Below, piece by piece: positions 17,401-26,741 of a stretch of DNA of 64,000 nt. A model generated the notes under the pieces. That model was given only the letters and a program-made list of their open reading frames with translations, ran no database searches and was not told where the DNA came from. The stretch lies in NCBI GenBank assembly GCA_963662585.1, contig OY759729.1:3200001-3264000 (forward strand), in the 5' to 3' direction. The position numbers and the translations under genes were made by a program. This DNA comes from Candidatus Cloacimonadales bacterium. GTDB taxonomy: Bacteria; Cloacimonadota; Cloacimonadia; Cloacimonadales; JAFGVF01. Positions within the stretch are counted from its first letter, which is position 1. Each line of letters starts with the position of its first letter.

Positions 17401-20243
17401 TCGGAACTGGTGTAACTTATCAATATGTCTATTTGGATAACTTCTTCATTGAATCAATTCCAACTGGTCCAGCTATTGTTGTGACTCAAGAGACTTTAGA
17501 TTTTGGTAATGTATATTTAAACAGAAGCGGTGTTGCTCAATTGAATATTGAAAACTGGGGTATTGCTCCTTTAGAAGTAGAATTCACACAAGATGGAGAT
17601 GAATTAAGTTTTACTCCTGCAGAAGTAACTATTGAAGCTAATGCTTCTCAAATAGTAACAGTTAATTTAACACCAGAAGCTGAAGGTGACTACACTGGAA
17701 GTTTCAATGTCATATCAAATGATACTAATATTCCTTCTATAGCAGTAGCTACAACTGCTTTCATTTTACCTCCTCTACCTGAGAACATTGCAGTAATTGG
17801 TACTGGAACTGCAACAAATCTTAGTATGCCTGTTGAACCTTATTATGGTTACACTTATTCACAAGTAATCTACTATGCTGGTGAAATTGGTATTCAAGGT
17901 CAAAGAATTGAAAAGATTAGCTGGCATTATAATGGTAATTCAGCTTGGGGTCCTGATGATTTTATTATCTATATGGGACATACTACTATGACTGAATTTG
18001 CCAATAACACTGACTGGATTGATATTTCTGAATTCATGGAAGTTTATAATGGAACTTTGACAACAACTGCTGAAGATGGTTGGATTGAATTTGAATTAGA
18101 TATTCCTTTTGTTTATGATAACACTCAGAACTTAGTTGTTGCTGTAGAAGAAAATACTCAAGGATATCATAGTTCAGCTGATGAATTCTACTGTACTACT
18201 TCAAGCTCAACTAGAGGTATTGTCTATTATAGTGATAGCACAAACCCTGACCCTATAGCACCTCCTGCTGCAAATTATATGAGAGATGCTTATGCTAATA
18301 TTACTTTAGAGTTTGGTGAAATCCCTAATGCTCCAGACTTAACAGTATATCCAATCAACTCAATTTTCGAAATGACTCCTGTAGATGGAACTTCATTAGA
18401 AAAGAATATCACTATGAGATCTATCGGTCTTCAAGATGTAACAATAGCTAGTGCTCCTACTATTACTGGAGATGATGCTGATCAATTTACTATCACAACC
18501 GATAATAATACTTATCCATTAGTATTGCCTTTCAATGATATAGCTACTATTGGAGTTTCCTTAACTCCAACTTCTGAAGGAAGCAAGAATGCAACTATCC
18601 AAATTATTGATAATGCAACTCGTGTTACTCATGAAGTAAGTATTAGTGGCTATGCTTATGCTGATGACGGTAACGATATACCTAATACAGCTACAACTCT
18701 CACTCTTCCAGTAGAAGGAGATACTTATGCAATAATGCCAATTGGTGATATCGATTGGTATAAAATTCCTGCAATGGGTATTGGTGATACTTTATTAGCT
18801 TCTGTTGAAGATGCTGGTGGAACAAGTGTAAGTGCTTCAATGTGGCTCTATGGACCTTTTGCAGATCCAAATGAAATTGTTCCTGCAACATTCCTTGATA
18901 ATGGTTCAAGTATTGACTTTGTCTTACCTCAAAGTGGTGACTATTACTTAAGAGTTGCAAAATCTAATGTTTACCCTCAAGGGGTGAATGCTCCTCTTAA
19001 CAGAAAAAGAGAAAATGGTGATTTAGAAAGATTAGTTAGAGAAGACACAGGATTGTATAATCTATATGTTGATGCTAATTATAACTATTCATTCAATGCT
19101 CCTCTTACTTTAGCTGCAGCTAATCAATCAGGTTATGTTGAATTAACTTGGGTTGAGCCTCCTTATGAAAGATATCTAATTGGCTATAATGTTTATAGAG
19201 ATGGTGCTGTAATTACAGAAGAGATGATTCCTATTGGAACAAATCTCTATCATGATGCTGAAGTTGTAGTTGGTACAGAGTACGATTATTATGTTGTCGG
19301 AATGTATGAAGATCCTGATGGATTCTCTTTACCTTCTAATACAGAAACTATTATTTATTATAATCTCGGAACTCCTTTATGGGGTGATGATTTTGAAGAA
19401 CATCCTGATTTTGCTCTAAATATGCCAAACTGGATTCAATATGATGAAGATGGTGGAAATACTTATAGTATTACAGATGTTGAGTTTGAAAATGCTGGAG
19501 AACCAATGTCTTACATGGTATTCAATCCTGCTTCAACTACTCCACCTGTAGAAGATATGATTCCACAAAGTGGAAGTAAGTTTATCACTTCATTTGCTTC
19601 AACAGAAGGTGTGAATGATGATTGGTTAATTTCTCCAGCTATTACTGTTGGAACAACTACAGTTGTATCATTCTATGCTAAGAGTTATACTGCTGATTAT
19701 GGCTTAGAAAGATTCGCAGTTAAGATGTCTCTTGGAGGTTCTGCAATAAGTAACTTCCAATACTCACTTCACCAAGGTGTTGAATATTTAGAAGCTCCAA
19801 CAGAATGGACTCTTTATCATTTCAATGTTAGTGCCTTAACTGGTACCACAGTTAGATTCGCTATACAATGTGTTTCTGCTAATGCTTTCATCTTTATGGT
19901 AGATAACTTTAGAGTTGATTCTACTGATGATGGAGTAGATAATGAAGAAGTTGAAGATATTCCACAAGTTAATGCTTTAGCTCAAAACTATCCTAATCCA
20001 TTCAATCCTGAAACATCAATAGCTTTCAGTATGAAAGAAGCTGGTCGTGTAACAGTTGATGTCTACAATGTTAAAGGACAGAAGGTTAAAACTCTCGTAG
20101 ATGAGTATAGACAAGCTGGAAACCATAGCGTTGTTTGGAATGGAAGAGATGAAAATAATAGTAAAGTTGCTTCAGGCGTCTATCTCTACAAAATGAGAAA
20201 TGGCAAATTTAGTTCAACTAAGAAAATGATTCTTATGAAATAA
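14442..20243 (+). CDS. Giant secreted multidomain surface protein, paralog 2 (one extra adhesin+Ig module)
   Basis: Same architecture as 9019..14031. YDAMIYDFPH occurs twice (16191 and 16983). Same C-terminal domain. Confidence 0.85.
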   Translation: MRKKLFFVTILMLLMASLSAIYVEIGTGTTTTNYIPAYGFYDYGWSRSIYLQSELINEMEITTISYNVGNTPAGYIMENQSYYIKHTTDSSITSTDYVDPTTDDSYELVFSGNITYNGGGWHDIILDTAFDYNGTDNLEILVINNDGSYTTGYPNFYTSPATPERAVYKYADNTFPTTAGTLFAGYPNIRFHFTAEGEPNMATLTAPENNSFSLEAPIDLTWTNGENTDWVKVYFSSLAEEVATMDANALLADNYTQQSYTVDDLDALTTYYWKIVSGNNTTEFLASTSVWSFTTSAADGSIVIGNGQEINTHLPMEPYYGYTISQSIYDQEWLNVDDQRIEQVSYYYNGNSAWTEDNVQVYLGHTELDEFSDGSSWLPLSDLVLVYDGPLSVTTEEGWVTIPLTVPFNYNNTDNLVIAFESNTQGYSSSGDEFYGTTTNGNKSLWYYSDSVNSDFITPADGTITSVIPNILLTMGDIPTTPQLMVTPDEYSWENTIIHTSANTVTFSMRNTGLGILGINSVTIDQDVDFILTDNNTYPLSITDEVAQFTVTFHPLTVGDFEANITINDAEIGDTVIPLTGTGYDAMIYDFPHLEGFEDTAVGELPQDWNRIINSTNAYTTVAVIASNPYEGAQSLRFYNSSDLEAEVFAITPPISGLTTKRIRFQAKASDENTELKIGVCDSNNDMENFEEIQTLTLTTEYQEYFVSLNVEDDSNQFIVFRADSFLNTYDYIYIDDISIEEMPTGPVTLITPLAWDYPETILNSSSQAIFNIRNIGFGTLTINSIVLDQETDFILVDENEYPLEITSQIVPIGVNFHPLTEGDFTANLTITDSEGTATVIPLTGTGYDAMIYDFPHFEGFEDYETNAIPQDWSVVTNSTSTYATANVFTTAYEGTKGFRFYNSADPEAEITALTPPVNDLTSRRIRFMGKASTAGVGLIIGTASNNSGDINFTARDTVYFTTDFMQFQHGFADANEDDQFIALKFLGTGVTYQYVYLDNFFIESIPTGPAIVVTQETLDFGNVYLNRSGVAQLNIENWGIAPLEVEFTQDGDELSFTPAEVTIEANASQIVTVNLTPEAEGDYTGSFNVISNDTNIPSIAVATTAFILPPLPENIAVIGTGTATNLSMPVEPYYGYTYSQVIYYAGEIGIQGQRIEKISWHYNGNSAWGPDDFIIYMGHTTMTEFANNTDWIDISEFMEVYNGTLTTTAEDGWIEFELDIPFVYDNTQNLVVAVEENTQGYHSSADEFYCTTSSSTRGIVYYSDSTNPDPIAPPAANYMRDAYANITLEFGEIPNAPDLTVYPINSIFEMTPVDGTSLEKNITMRSIGLQDVTIASAPTITGDDADQFTITTDNNTYPLVLPFNDIATIGVSLTPTSEGSKNATIQIIDNATRVTHEVSISGYAYADDGNDIPNTATTLTLPVEGDTYAIMPIGDIDWYKIPAMGIGDTLLASVEDAGGTSVSASMWLYGPFADPNEIVPATFLDNGSSIDFVLPQSGDYYLRVAKSNVYPQGVNAPLNRKRENGDLERLVREDTGLYNLYVDANYNYSFNAPLTLAAANQSGYVELTWVEPPYERYLIGYNVYRDGAVITEEMIPIGTNLYHDAEVVVGTEYDYYVVGMYEDPDGFSLPSNTETIIYYNLGTPLWGDDFEEHPDFALNMPNWIQYDEDGGNTYSITDVEFENAGEPMSYMVFNPASTTPPVEDMIPQSGSKFITSFASTEGVNDDWLISPAITVGTTTVVSFYAKSYTADYGLERFAVKMSLGGSAISNFQYSLHQGVEYLEAPTEWTLYHFNVSALTGTTVRFAIQCVSANAFIFMVDNFRVDSTDDGVDNEEVEDIPQVNALAQNYPNPFNPETSIAFSMKEAGRVTVDVYNVKGQKVKTLVDEYRQAGNHSVVWNGRDENNSKVASGVYLYKMRNGKFSSTKKMILMK

Positions 20244-20369
20244 AAAACTAGGAATTCCCACTGGGAGTGCCTTCATTTTGAAGGCATCTTAAATGGAAAG
20301 CCTTGCAGCTTTGCAGGCATTGTCCTAGATACAAATATGAAAGCCCTACAGAAATGTAGGGCTATTTTT
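17748..20369 (+). repeat. 2.6-kb near-identical direct repeat, copy 2
   Basis: Matches 11536-14157. Confidence 0.95.
20248..20328 (+). other. Branched RNA structure in the 3' UTR, copy 2
   Basis: Same stems as 14036-14116 with four substitutions. Confidence 0.55.
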
Positions 20370-20372
20370 TTT
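20342..20372 (+). terminator. Intrinsic terminator
   Basis: AGCCCTACA-GAAA-TGTAGGGCT followed by a T run. Confidence 0.9.
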
Positions 20373-20409
20373 AATCCTTGAAATGGCTCTAATAAAGGCT
20401 TTTAATAAG

Positions 20410-20469
20410 TTGTAACTCTGAAGTTACAAAAATAAGTTGACTTAAAATAAATAATCTTAAATACTTGTC
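20410..20469 (+). promoter_or_regulatory. Palindromic operator plus promoter of the TrmB operon
   Basis: TTGTAACT-CTGA-AGTTACAA (20410-20429), TTGACT at 20437, and AATACTTGTC at 20460-20469. Confidence 0.65.
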
Positions 20470-20493
20470 TTAGATAGTAAAAAGGGAGAAAAA

Positions 20494-21315
20494 ATGCCTG
20501 ATATTATTGAAAGATTAATTAATGTGGGATTAACGAAATATGAAGCTAGTGTATATTATACTCTACTTCAAAACCCAGATTTATCTGCCACGGAAGTAGC
20601 AAATCTGGCTAAAGTTCCAAGAACTAGAGTTTATGAAGTAATCAATTTACTTCATGATAAAGGCTTTTGTAAAAAGTCTGATGATGAAAAAATTAAAAAA
20701 TTTAATGCAATTAATCCGCGATTCGCCTTTAACAATCTATTAGAAAAGAACAAACAGGATTATACCAAGAGTGTGAAGAGCATAAATCTATTATCTGAAG
20801 AATTAGAACCAATCTTCGAACTATCTAAAGAGGAAGCTGAAGACCCATCTAAACATATTGAGGTGATTGTAGGAAATAATGAAATTTTAGAAAAGATCAA
20901 TGAATATGGAAAAGATGTTAAAGAAGAAATTCTTACAATGAATAAAGCTCCTTATGTGATAGACTTCTCCGCTGTTCAAAAAAGAGGTAAAGTTGCATAT
21001 TTCCCCGGCTTAAAGTACAAGTTTGTTACAGAAAAAGCTGATATTAATAATGAAGATTTCGTTCATTTCTTGCAGTTATGGGAAGATGTAGGTGCTGAAG
21101 TTAGAGTGGTCGATGAAGTTCATACCAAGCTTATCGTATTAGACAAGAAAAGAGTTATATTAAGTATAGCAAGTAAAAATACGGAATTGAATACACACAC
21201 TTCAATGTTCATTGATAATTCTCAATTAGCGAAGATGTATGTCAAGACCTTTCATAGTTATTTTGATGAGGGAATACCTCTCAAAACTTATTTAAAAACA
21301 ATTAAAGGAGAATAA
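20494..21315 (+). CDS. TrmB-family transcriptional regulator
   Basis: GLTKYEASVYYTLL...ATEVANLAKVPRTRVYEVINLL wHTH, plus a C-terminal PLD-like effector domain. Confidence 0.9.
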   Translation: MPDIIERLINVGLTKYEASVYYTLLQNPDLSATEVANLAKVPRTRVYEVINLLHDKGFCKKSDDEKIKKFNAINPRFAFNNLLEKNKQDYTKSVKSINLLSEELEPIFELSKEEAEDPSKHIEVIVGNNEILEKINEYGKDVKEEILTMNKAPYVIDFSAVQKRGKVAYFPGLKYKFVTEKADINNEDFVHFLQLWEDVGAEVRVVDEVHTKLIVLDKKRVILSIASKNTELNTHTSMFIDNSQLAKMYVKTFHSYFDEGIPLKTYLKTIKGE

Positions 21316-21319
21316 TAAA

Positions 21320-24300
21320 ATGAAAAGAGTAAGTATTGTACTATTTTTAATGCTTTTATCATCTTTAGTATTTGCCCAAGAGGTTAAAACTATTGATAAT
21401 ACGGGTAATGGTGATTATTTAACAATTTCCGAGGGAATTAACTTCGTTAATGCTTTAACAGAAATTCCGACTGGTGGAGTGATTTTAAATATCACATCAG
21501 ATCAATCTTTTACAGAAACTTTACCTGCAATTACATTTGTTGGTACATTTGAGAGTCCTCTAATGATCCAAAAATCAGGAGAGGGAGCTGATCCAATAAT
21601 ATTTAATGAAACACTTGATAATGTTGTATTCAATTTCTCTTCAGCTAGTTACATCACGGTCGATGGTATTCATATTAAAGACCCCAATACAGCAAATGAA
21701 GATAAGTATTTAACTGGCTTTCTCCTTGATTCAAGTTCAAATATTACTATCAAAAACTGTGTAATACAAGATTTTAATAAATATGGAATTAAAACTTCAA
21801 GCGCAACAACCAATATTTCTATTACAGATAACAACTTATTCTATAGTGAAGATTTTTATACTTCAGAAACAACAGTTTATGGAATTCAGGTAGCTTATAA
21901 CTCAGGAGCAGAAAATGTAGATGTTTTAAGAAATCGTATTCATGGTATCAAAGAATCCACTTCAACCATTTATGGTATAGACTTCAACCAAGTGACTGGT
22001 ATTGCTGCGAACAATATTGTTTCTTTACCTGATGATAACAATGATAAAGTTTTTGGTATGAGAGTAGTTGGAAGAGCCGATAGAACTATCCAATGCTACT
22101 ATAACACTGTTCATCTTGCGGGAATCGCCACTGATCAAGGTTACGCAATTAATATTTCAGGTGGTGCAGGTGATGTTATAATTAAGAATAATATTTTTAT
22201 AAATAACAGAACTGAACTTGAACAATATGCTATTTGGTATGGCTTTGCTCAACCTGGTGTTCAACTTGATAACAATATTTATTTTTCCGGAAGTCAGAAT
22301 GGATTTTATGGTAGATTAGTTTCTGCTGAATATCTTCTATTACCAGAATGGCAAACAGAGACTAGTTTGGATAATCTTTCTAAAGTCTATTTACCTGAAT
22401 TTGAGTCTGTTGCAGAGGGTGAATTACATCTTTCTGGAAACTCTTTAGGGAATCAAGAATTAATAGCTACTCCAATTGTTTTTGTTGAGGATGATTTTGA
22501 TAGTGAATTAAGACATGCATCTTATCCTTATTGTGGTGCTGATGAGAACTTAGACAATCCTTTAGTTTCTCTCTTAGAATCAGAATATGTTATTGATAAC
22601 ACAGGTAATGGTGATTTTGCCTCTTTTGAAGAAGCAATTATAGCATTAAACAGTGGTATTATCCCTGAAGGTGGAGTTACTTTCAATGTACTTGCTGGAC
22701 AAATCTTTACAGATTCCTTATCAGCTATTACAGCAATAGGTGATGAAGCTAGTCCTATTATTTTCCAGAAGTCTGGTGAAGGAAGTAATCCTCTAATTGA
22801 CTATAATTATCTTGAAGGAAGTGTTATTGAATTTAATGGTGCTCAGTATATTACATTTGATAGTATAGATGTTACAGATACTAATGCTGATGAGATTAAT
22901 TATGATAGGGCATATTATATTTATGCATCTAACAATATTACTATTCAAAACTGTAATATTTCTAACTTTGGTGGATATGGTATTCATGTAAAAGAAGCTT
23001 CTCAAAACAATACTATTCACAACAATAATATCTTCTATACAGCTGAATATTATACTCCTGAAGCTTCTGTCTATGGTGTATTTGTTCAATATAATTCAGA
23101 AGCAGATAATGCAGTTATTACCAATAACAAGATTTACGGACTTAAAGAAGCGGGGGCAAATGTCTATTCTATTAGAATCCAAAAAGTAAGTGCTGATGTG
23201 ATAAATAACTTTATTTCTGTCACTGATGATAATAATGATAAAGTCTTTGGTTTAAGATTAGATGCTGGTTATTCAGCAATGACTATTAATGTCTATAATA
23301 ATACTGTATTATTAGCAGGACTTGCTACTGACCATGATTATTGTGTTCAGAAAACAGGAACAGATGGGGTAATTAATTTAAAGAATAACATCTTTATTAA
23401 TAGAAGAAGTGGTGACTTTGATCATCAAGTGATAAGTTATACATTTGGAAGCGGAACATGGAATGCTGATGATAACGCTTATTATAGCGAGAATGGTTCA
23501 ATTGGATCTTGGATTAACACCGAGTGCGAAGATTTACTTGCATGGCAAACAACTTCTTCTACTGATGCTAATACTACTGTTTTTGATGCTGAATTTGTTT
23601 CTAACACTGACTTACATCTCAGCAATACTTCTTTAGGAGAATTTGCACTTGCTGGTAATCCAATTGCAGGTGTAGAGTATGATATTGATGGTCAACTAAG
23701 ACATCTTGTTAACCCCTATAAAGGTGCTGATGAGAACTTAGAATTTCCCCTAAATCCTGAAGATCAGTATGCTATTTCTCTCAATACTAATAATTTAGAT
23801 TTCGGTACAATGTATGCTGGTAATGGCGAAAGTATTTTAAATTTCAATATTTTAAATGCTGGAGTTTTAAACCTAGAAATCTCAGAAATTACTGCTCCTC
23901 AATATTTCAATTTACAATATGCCAGTGAAGAGTGGAATCATTCCTTAACTAACATTAGTCTAGCTCCTGCAGAAACAGCAGTTATTCAAGTTAAATATGC
24001 TAACAATGTTGTAGGAACAGTAATGGATAGTCTTTTAATTGCTTCTAATGCAGTAGCAGACCCTCAACTATTTCTTTCCTTAACTGCTAATTCAATTCAA
24101 GCTGAAATTGAGCTTAGTGCAGATACCATTGAATTACCAGCTACTATAAATGGTAATAATTCTGCTCTTAGAAGTATTCAGCTTATTAATGTATACGAAA
24201 TGCCTGTTAATATTGATTATATTTCTGTTTCTGACAACTTCTTAGTTGGACTAAATGGAGAAGTTGATGGACAGACTTTAAGTAATCTTGTTCTAGAAGA

Positions 24301-26206
24301 CACATTAACTATTAGTGTAGCTATGAATTTTACTGAAAGTGGAACTCATACTGGCGAATTAGAAATTCACAGTCAGCTTTTGCACGGTGATGATCAAGGT
24401 GAAATTGTTTCTCTTACTGGTGAAACTTACTCTTTTGGTTTTGAAGACATTGAGGCAGGAATGATAGGCTTCTGGCAAAGTGAAACAGAAGCAGGTGATT
24501 ATGATAATGATGGTGATTATGATATTTTAGCAACAGGTTATGTTTTAGATGGTACTTCATCTGCCATTGCTATTTATAAGAATAATGGAAATGGAGATTT
24601 TGAAAGAATCAATCTTGGACTTCAAGGAACTGGCTTCGGTTGTGTTGATTGGATTGATGTTGATAATGATAACGATCTTGACATCTATACTGCTGGACAA
24701 TACCAAACTGATAACTATATCAGTAAAATGTATGTTCTTGAAGATGGAATTTATACTGAAGTTGAAACAAACTTACCAGCTTTAAAAGGTTCCAACACTG
24801 ATTGGAAAGACTATAATGGTGACGGCTTATTAGATGTTTTATATAATGGTGTATTAGATCTGGAAATTGGTGATGTTGATTATACCAGAATTTATATCAA
24901 TCAAGGTAACTATCAATTTGAGATGATTGCACCTGAAATTCATCAAATATCAAGCGGTGATGCTAAATTTGCAGATTATAACAACGATGGCTTACTAGAT
25001 ATTGCTACTGCTGGTAGAGTAGATAGTTGGGATTGGAGAGTCTCTGTTTGGAGAAATGATGGTAATGATGAGTTCACAGAGATTGATCTAGGAATCGAAG
25101 GTGTTCGTTACACTGTTGTGGAATGGGCTGACTATAATAATGATGGACTGATGGATTTATTCATAACAGGTTCAATCGATAATGAAGTACCATCCACATT
25201 ATATATTCTTAGAAATGACGGGAATGATACTTTTACTAATATTAATCTTCCTGAAAATGAAACTTATATTGCTGGCATCCGACAAGGTGATATGAAAATT
25301 CATGATTTAAACTCAGACGGACTTGTTGATATTATTGTGAATGGTGTACAAAATGTTGAATGGTGGACAGGACAGATTCATCTTAATCAAGGAAATGATA
25401 ACTTTGTTTATGCTGATAGCTTAGTTGCTCTTAAATACGGTGAACTTACCATGATTGATTACAACGGTGATATGAAAAGTGATGTCTTACTTACCGGAAG
25501 ATATGACTATCAAGACTACTATTGCAATATCTATGAAAACCAAACCGAACTCACTAATACTGCTCCTCAAGCTCCAACAATGATTACTGCTGAAGTAGAA
25601 GATGATGTTGTTACTTTAGAATGGGGAATGGGTAGTGATGCTGAAACTCCTCAACTTGGTCTTTCTTATAATATCAAGGTTGGTACTGTCTCAGGTGGAA
25701 ATGATATCTTTAGCTCAATGGCTACAGATGATGGCTTCTTATTAAAACCACATCAAGGTAATATGCTCAATAGTCTCGGCTGTATGATTAATAATCTTCA
25801 AAATGGTACTTATTACGCTTCTGTTCAAGCTATTGATAACTCAAGCGTCGGTTCTGCTTTTAGTGGCGAGATTAGCTTTGAAATCACTAATGGTGTTGTG
25901 AGTAATGAAGACTCAAACACAGTCCCAATGATTACTAGATTAAATCCTAACTATCCAAATCCATTCAATCCAGAAACTACTATATCTTTCGATTTAAACA
26001 AGAACCAAAATGTTAAATTAGAAATATATAATGTTAAAGGACAGAAAGTAAAAACTCTTTGCAATGATAACCTTAAAGCAGGAAATCATAAGTATATCTG
26101 GAATGGAAGAGACCAAAATAACAGAAAGGTCGCTTCAGGAGTCTACTTCGCAAAAATGACTTCAAAGAGCCTTAATAAAACTCAAAAAATGATCCTAATG
26201 AAATAA
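21320..26206 (+). CDS. Giant secreted protein: two tandem right-handed beta-helix modules, Ig domains, FG-GAP/VCBS repeats, FN3 and FlgD/T9SS-like C-terminal domain
   Basis: Signal peptide, IDNTGNGD module twice, repeated DYNNDGLLDI motifs and C-terminal NYPNPFNPET...QKMILMK. Confidence 0.85.
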   Translation: MKRVSIVLFLMLLSSLVFAQEVKTIDNTGNGDYLTISEGINFVNALTEIPTGGVILNITSDQSFTETLPAITFVGTFESPLMIQKSGEGADPIIFNETLDNVVFNFSSASYITVDGIHIKDPNTANEDKYLTGFLLDSSSNITIKNCVIQDFNKYGIKTSSATTNISITDNNLFYSEDFYTSETTVYGIQVAYNSGAENVDVLRNRIHGIKESTSTIYGIDFNQVTGIAANNIVSLPDDNNDKVFGMRVVGRADRTIQCYYNTVHLAGIATDQGYAINISGGAGDVIIKNNIFINNRTELEQYAIWYGFAQPGVQLDNNIYFSGSQNGFYGRLVSAEYLLLPEWQTETSLDNLSKVYLPEFESVAEGELHLSGNSLGNQELIATPIVFVEDDFDSELRHASYPYCGADENLDNPLVSLLESEYVIDNTGNGDFASFEEAIIALNSGIIPEGGVTFNVLAGQIFTDSLSAITAIGDEASPIIFQKSGEGSNPLIDYNYLEGSVIEFNGAQYITFDSIDVTDTNADEINYDRAYYIYASNNITIQNCNISNFGGYGIHVKEASQNNTIHNNNIFYTAEYYTPEASVYGVFVQYNSEADNAVITNNKIYGLKEAGANVYSIRIQKVSADVINNFISVTDDNNDKVFGLRLDAGYSAMTINVYNNTVLLAGLATDHDYCVQKTGTDGVINLKNNIFINRRSGDFDHQVISYTFGSGTWNADDNAYYSENGSIGSWINTECEDLLAWQTTSSTDANTTVFDAEFVSNTDLHLSNTSLGEFALAGNPIAGVEYDIDGQLRHLVNPYKGADENLEFPLNPEDQYAISLNTNNLDFGTMYAGNGESILNFNILNAGVLNLEISEITAPQYFNLQYASEEWNHSLTNISLAPAETAVIQVKYANNVVGTVMDSLLIASNAVADPQLFLSLTANSIQAEIELSADTIELPATINGNNSALRSIQLINVYEMPVNIDYISVSDNFLVGLNGEVDGQTLSNLVLEDTLTISVAMNFTESGTHTGELEIHSQLLHGDDQGEIVSLTGETYSFGFEDIEAGMIGFWQSETEAGDYDNDGDYDILATGYVLDGTSSAIAIYKNNGNGDFERINLGLQGTGFGCVDWIDVDNDNDLDIYTAGQYQTDNYISKMYVLEDGIYTEVETNLPALKGSNTDWKDYNGDGLLDVLYNGVLDLEIGDVDYTRIYINQGNYQFEMIAPEIHQISSGDAKFADYNNDGLLDIATAGRVDSWDWRVSVWRNDGNDEFTEIDLGIEGVRYTVVEWADYNNDGLMDLFITGSIDNEVPSTLYILRNDGNDTFTNINLPENETYIAGIRQGDMKIHDLNSDGLVDIIVNGVQNVEWWTGQIHLNQGNDNFVYADSLVALKYGELTMIDYNGDMKSDVLLTGRYDYQDYYCNIYENQTELTNTAPQAPTMITAEVEDDVVTLEWGMGSDAETPQLGLSYNIKVGTVSGGNDIFSSMATDDGFLLKPHQGNMLNSLGCMINNLQNGTYYASVQAIDNSSVGSAFSGEISFEITNGVVSNEDSNTVPMITRLNPNYPNPFNPETTISFDLNKNQNVKLEIYNVKGQKVKTLCNDNLKAGNHKYIWNGRDQNNRKVASGVYFAKMTSKSLNKTQKMILMK

Positions 26207-26237
26207 ATCTCATTCATAACAAGTAAACATAAGCAAG

Positions 26238-26271
26238 AAGCCTCACAGAAATGTGGGGCTTTCTTTTTTTT
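26238..26271 (+). terminator. Intrinsic terminator
   Basis: AAGCCTCACA-GAAA-TGTGGGGCTT followed by a T run. Confidence 0.9.
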
Positions 26272-26341
26272 ACAAGAAGACATAAGAAGTCGCAAAATCA
26301 TGTCTTTACTTATCTTCTGTCATCATTTTCTCCTCTTTTAT

Positions 26342-26425
26342 TGCACCTTATCACTCATGTCATTGATTATTCAAATATTGTTTGTGATCTCTATGAAGGA
26401 GCAGAGGAAGACCATTTATTGGGCA
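26342..26425 (-). repeat. Copy 2 of the 34-bp-core inverted-arm element, opposite orientation to copy 1
   Basis: TGCACCTTATCACT (26342-26355), 34-bp core, TCTATGAAGGAGCA (26390-26403). The reverse complement of the core matches copy 1 at 22/34. Confidence 0.7.
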
Positions 26426-26659
26426 TCAAGAAATAAGCAAGTGATGGAATAAATAACTTAGATTCTTTTACTTTTTCAATCATAAAATAGTGGAAGAATT
26501 TTTGTAAGTAAAAAAATGAAAAGGTAATTTTAAGCATTAGTTTCAAAGAGAAAAAATCTTAAAAAGTAACAAAAAGCAAAAAGGAAATCACAAAAAAACA
26601 TTAAAAAATGGCGATATAAAAGGGTGCAGAATAAAAAGTTAAAAAAAAGAAAAAAATAT

Positions 26660-26740
26660 TTGACATAGAATAACTAAAGTCATATTCTGTCATTGTTAGG
26701 TAAATAAATGCACTTTTAGGCAAAATTGGGAGAAATAAGG
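26660..26740 (+). promoter_or_regulatory. dcw promoter with putative MraZ boxes
   Basis: TTGACA-17-TATTCT, then TTAGG/TTAGG/TTGGG/TAAGG at 26696, 26716, 26726 and 26736. Confidence 0.65.
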
Positions 26741-26741
26741 T

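Noticed and set aside
12488..18960. Twin 86-aa antisense ORFs (12488..12748 and 18700..18960)
   Set aside because: They recur only because they lie inside the 2.6-kb duplication, antisense to a real gene.
11536..20369. DGR template/variable repeat pair
   Set aside because: The differences are not adenine-specific, the repeat is kilobases long, and no reverse transcriptase is present.
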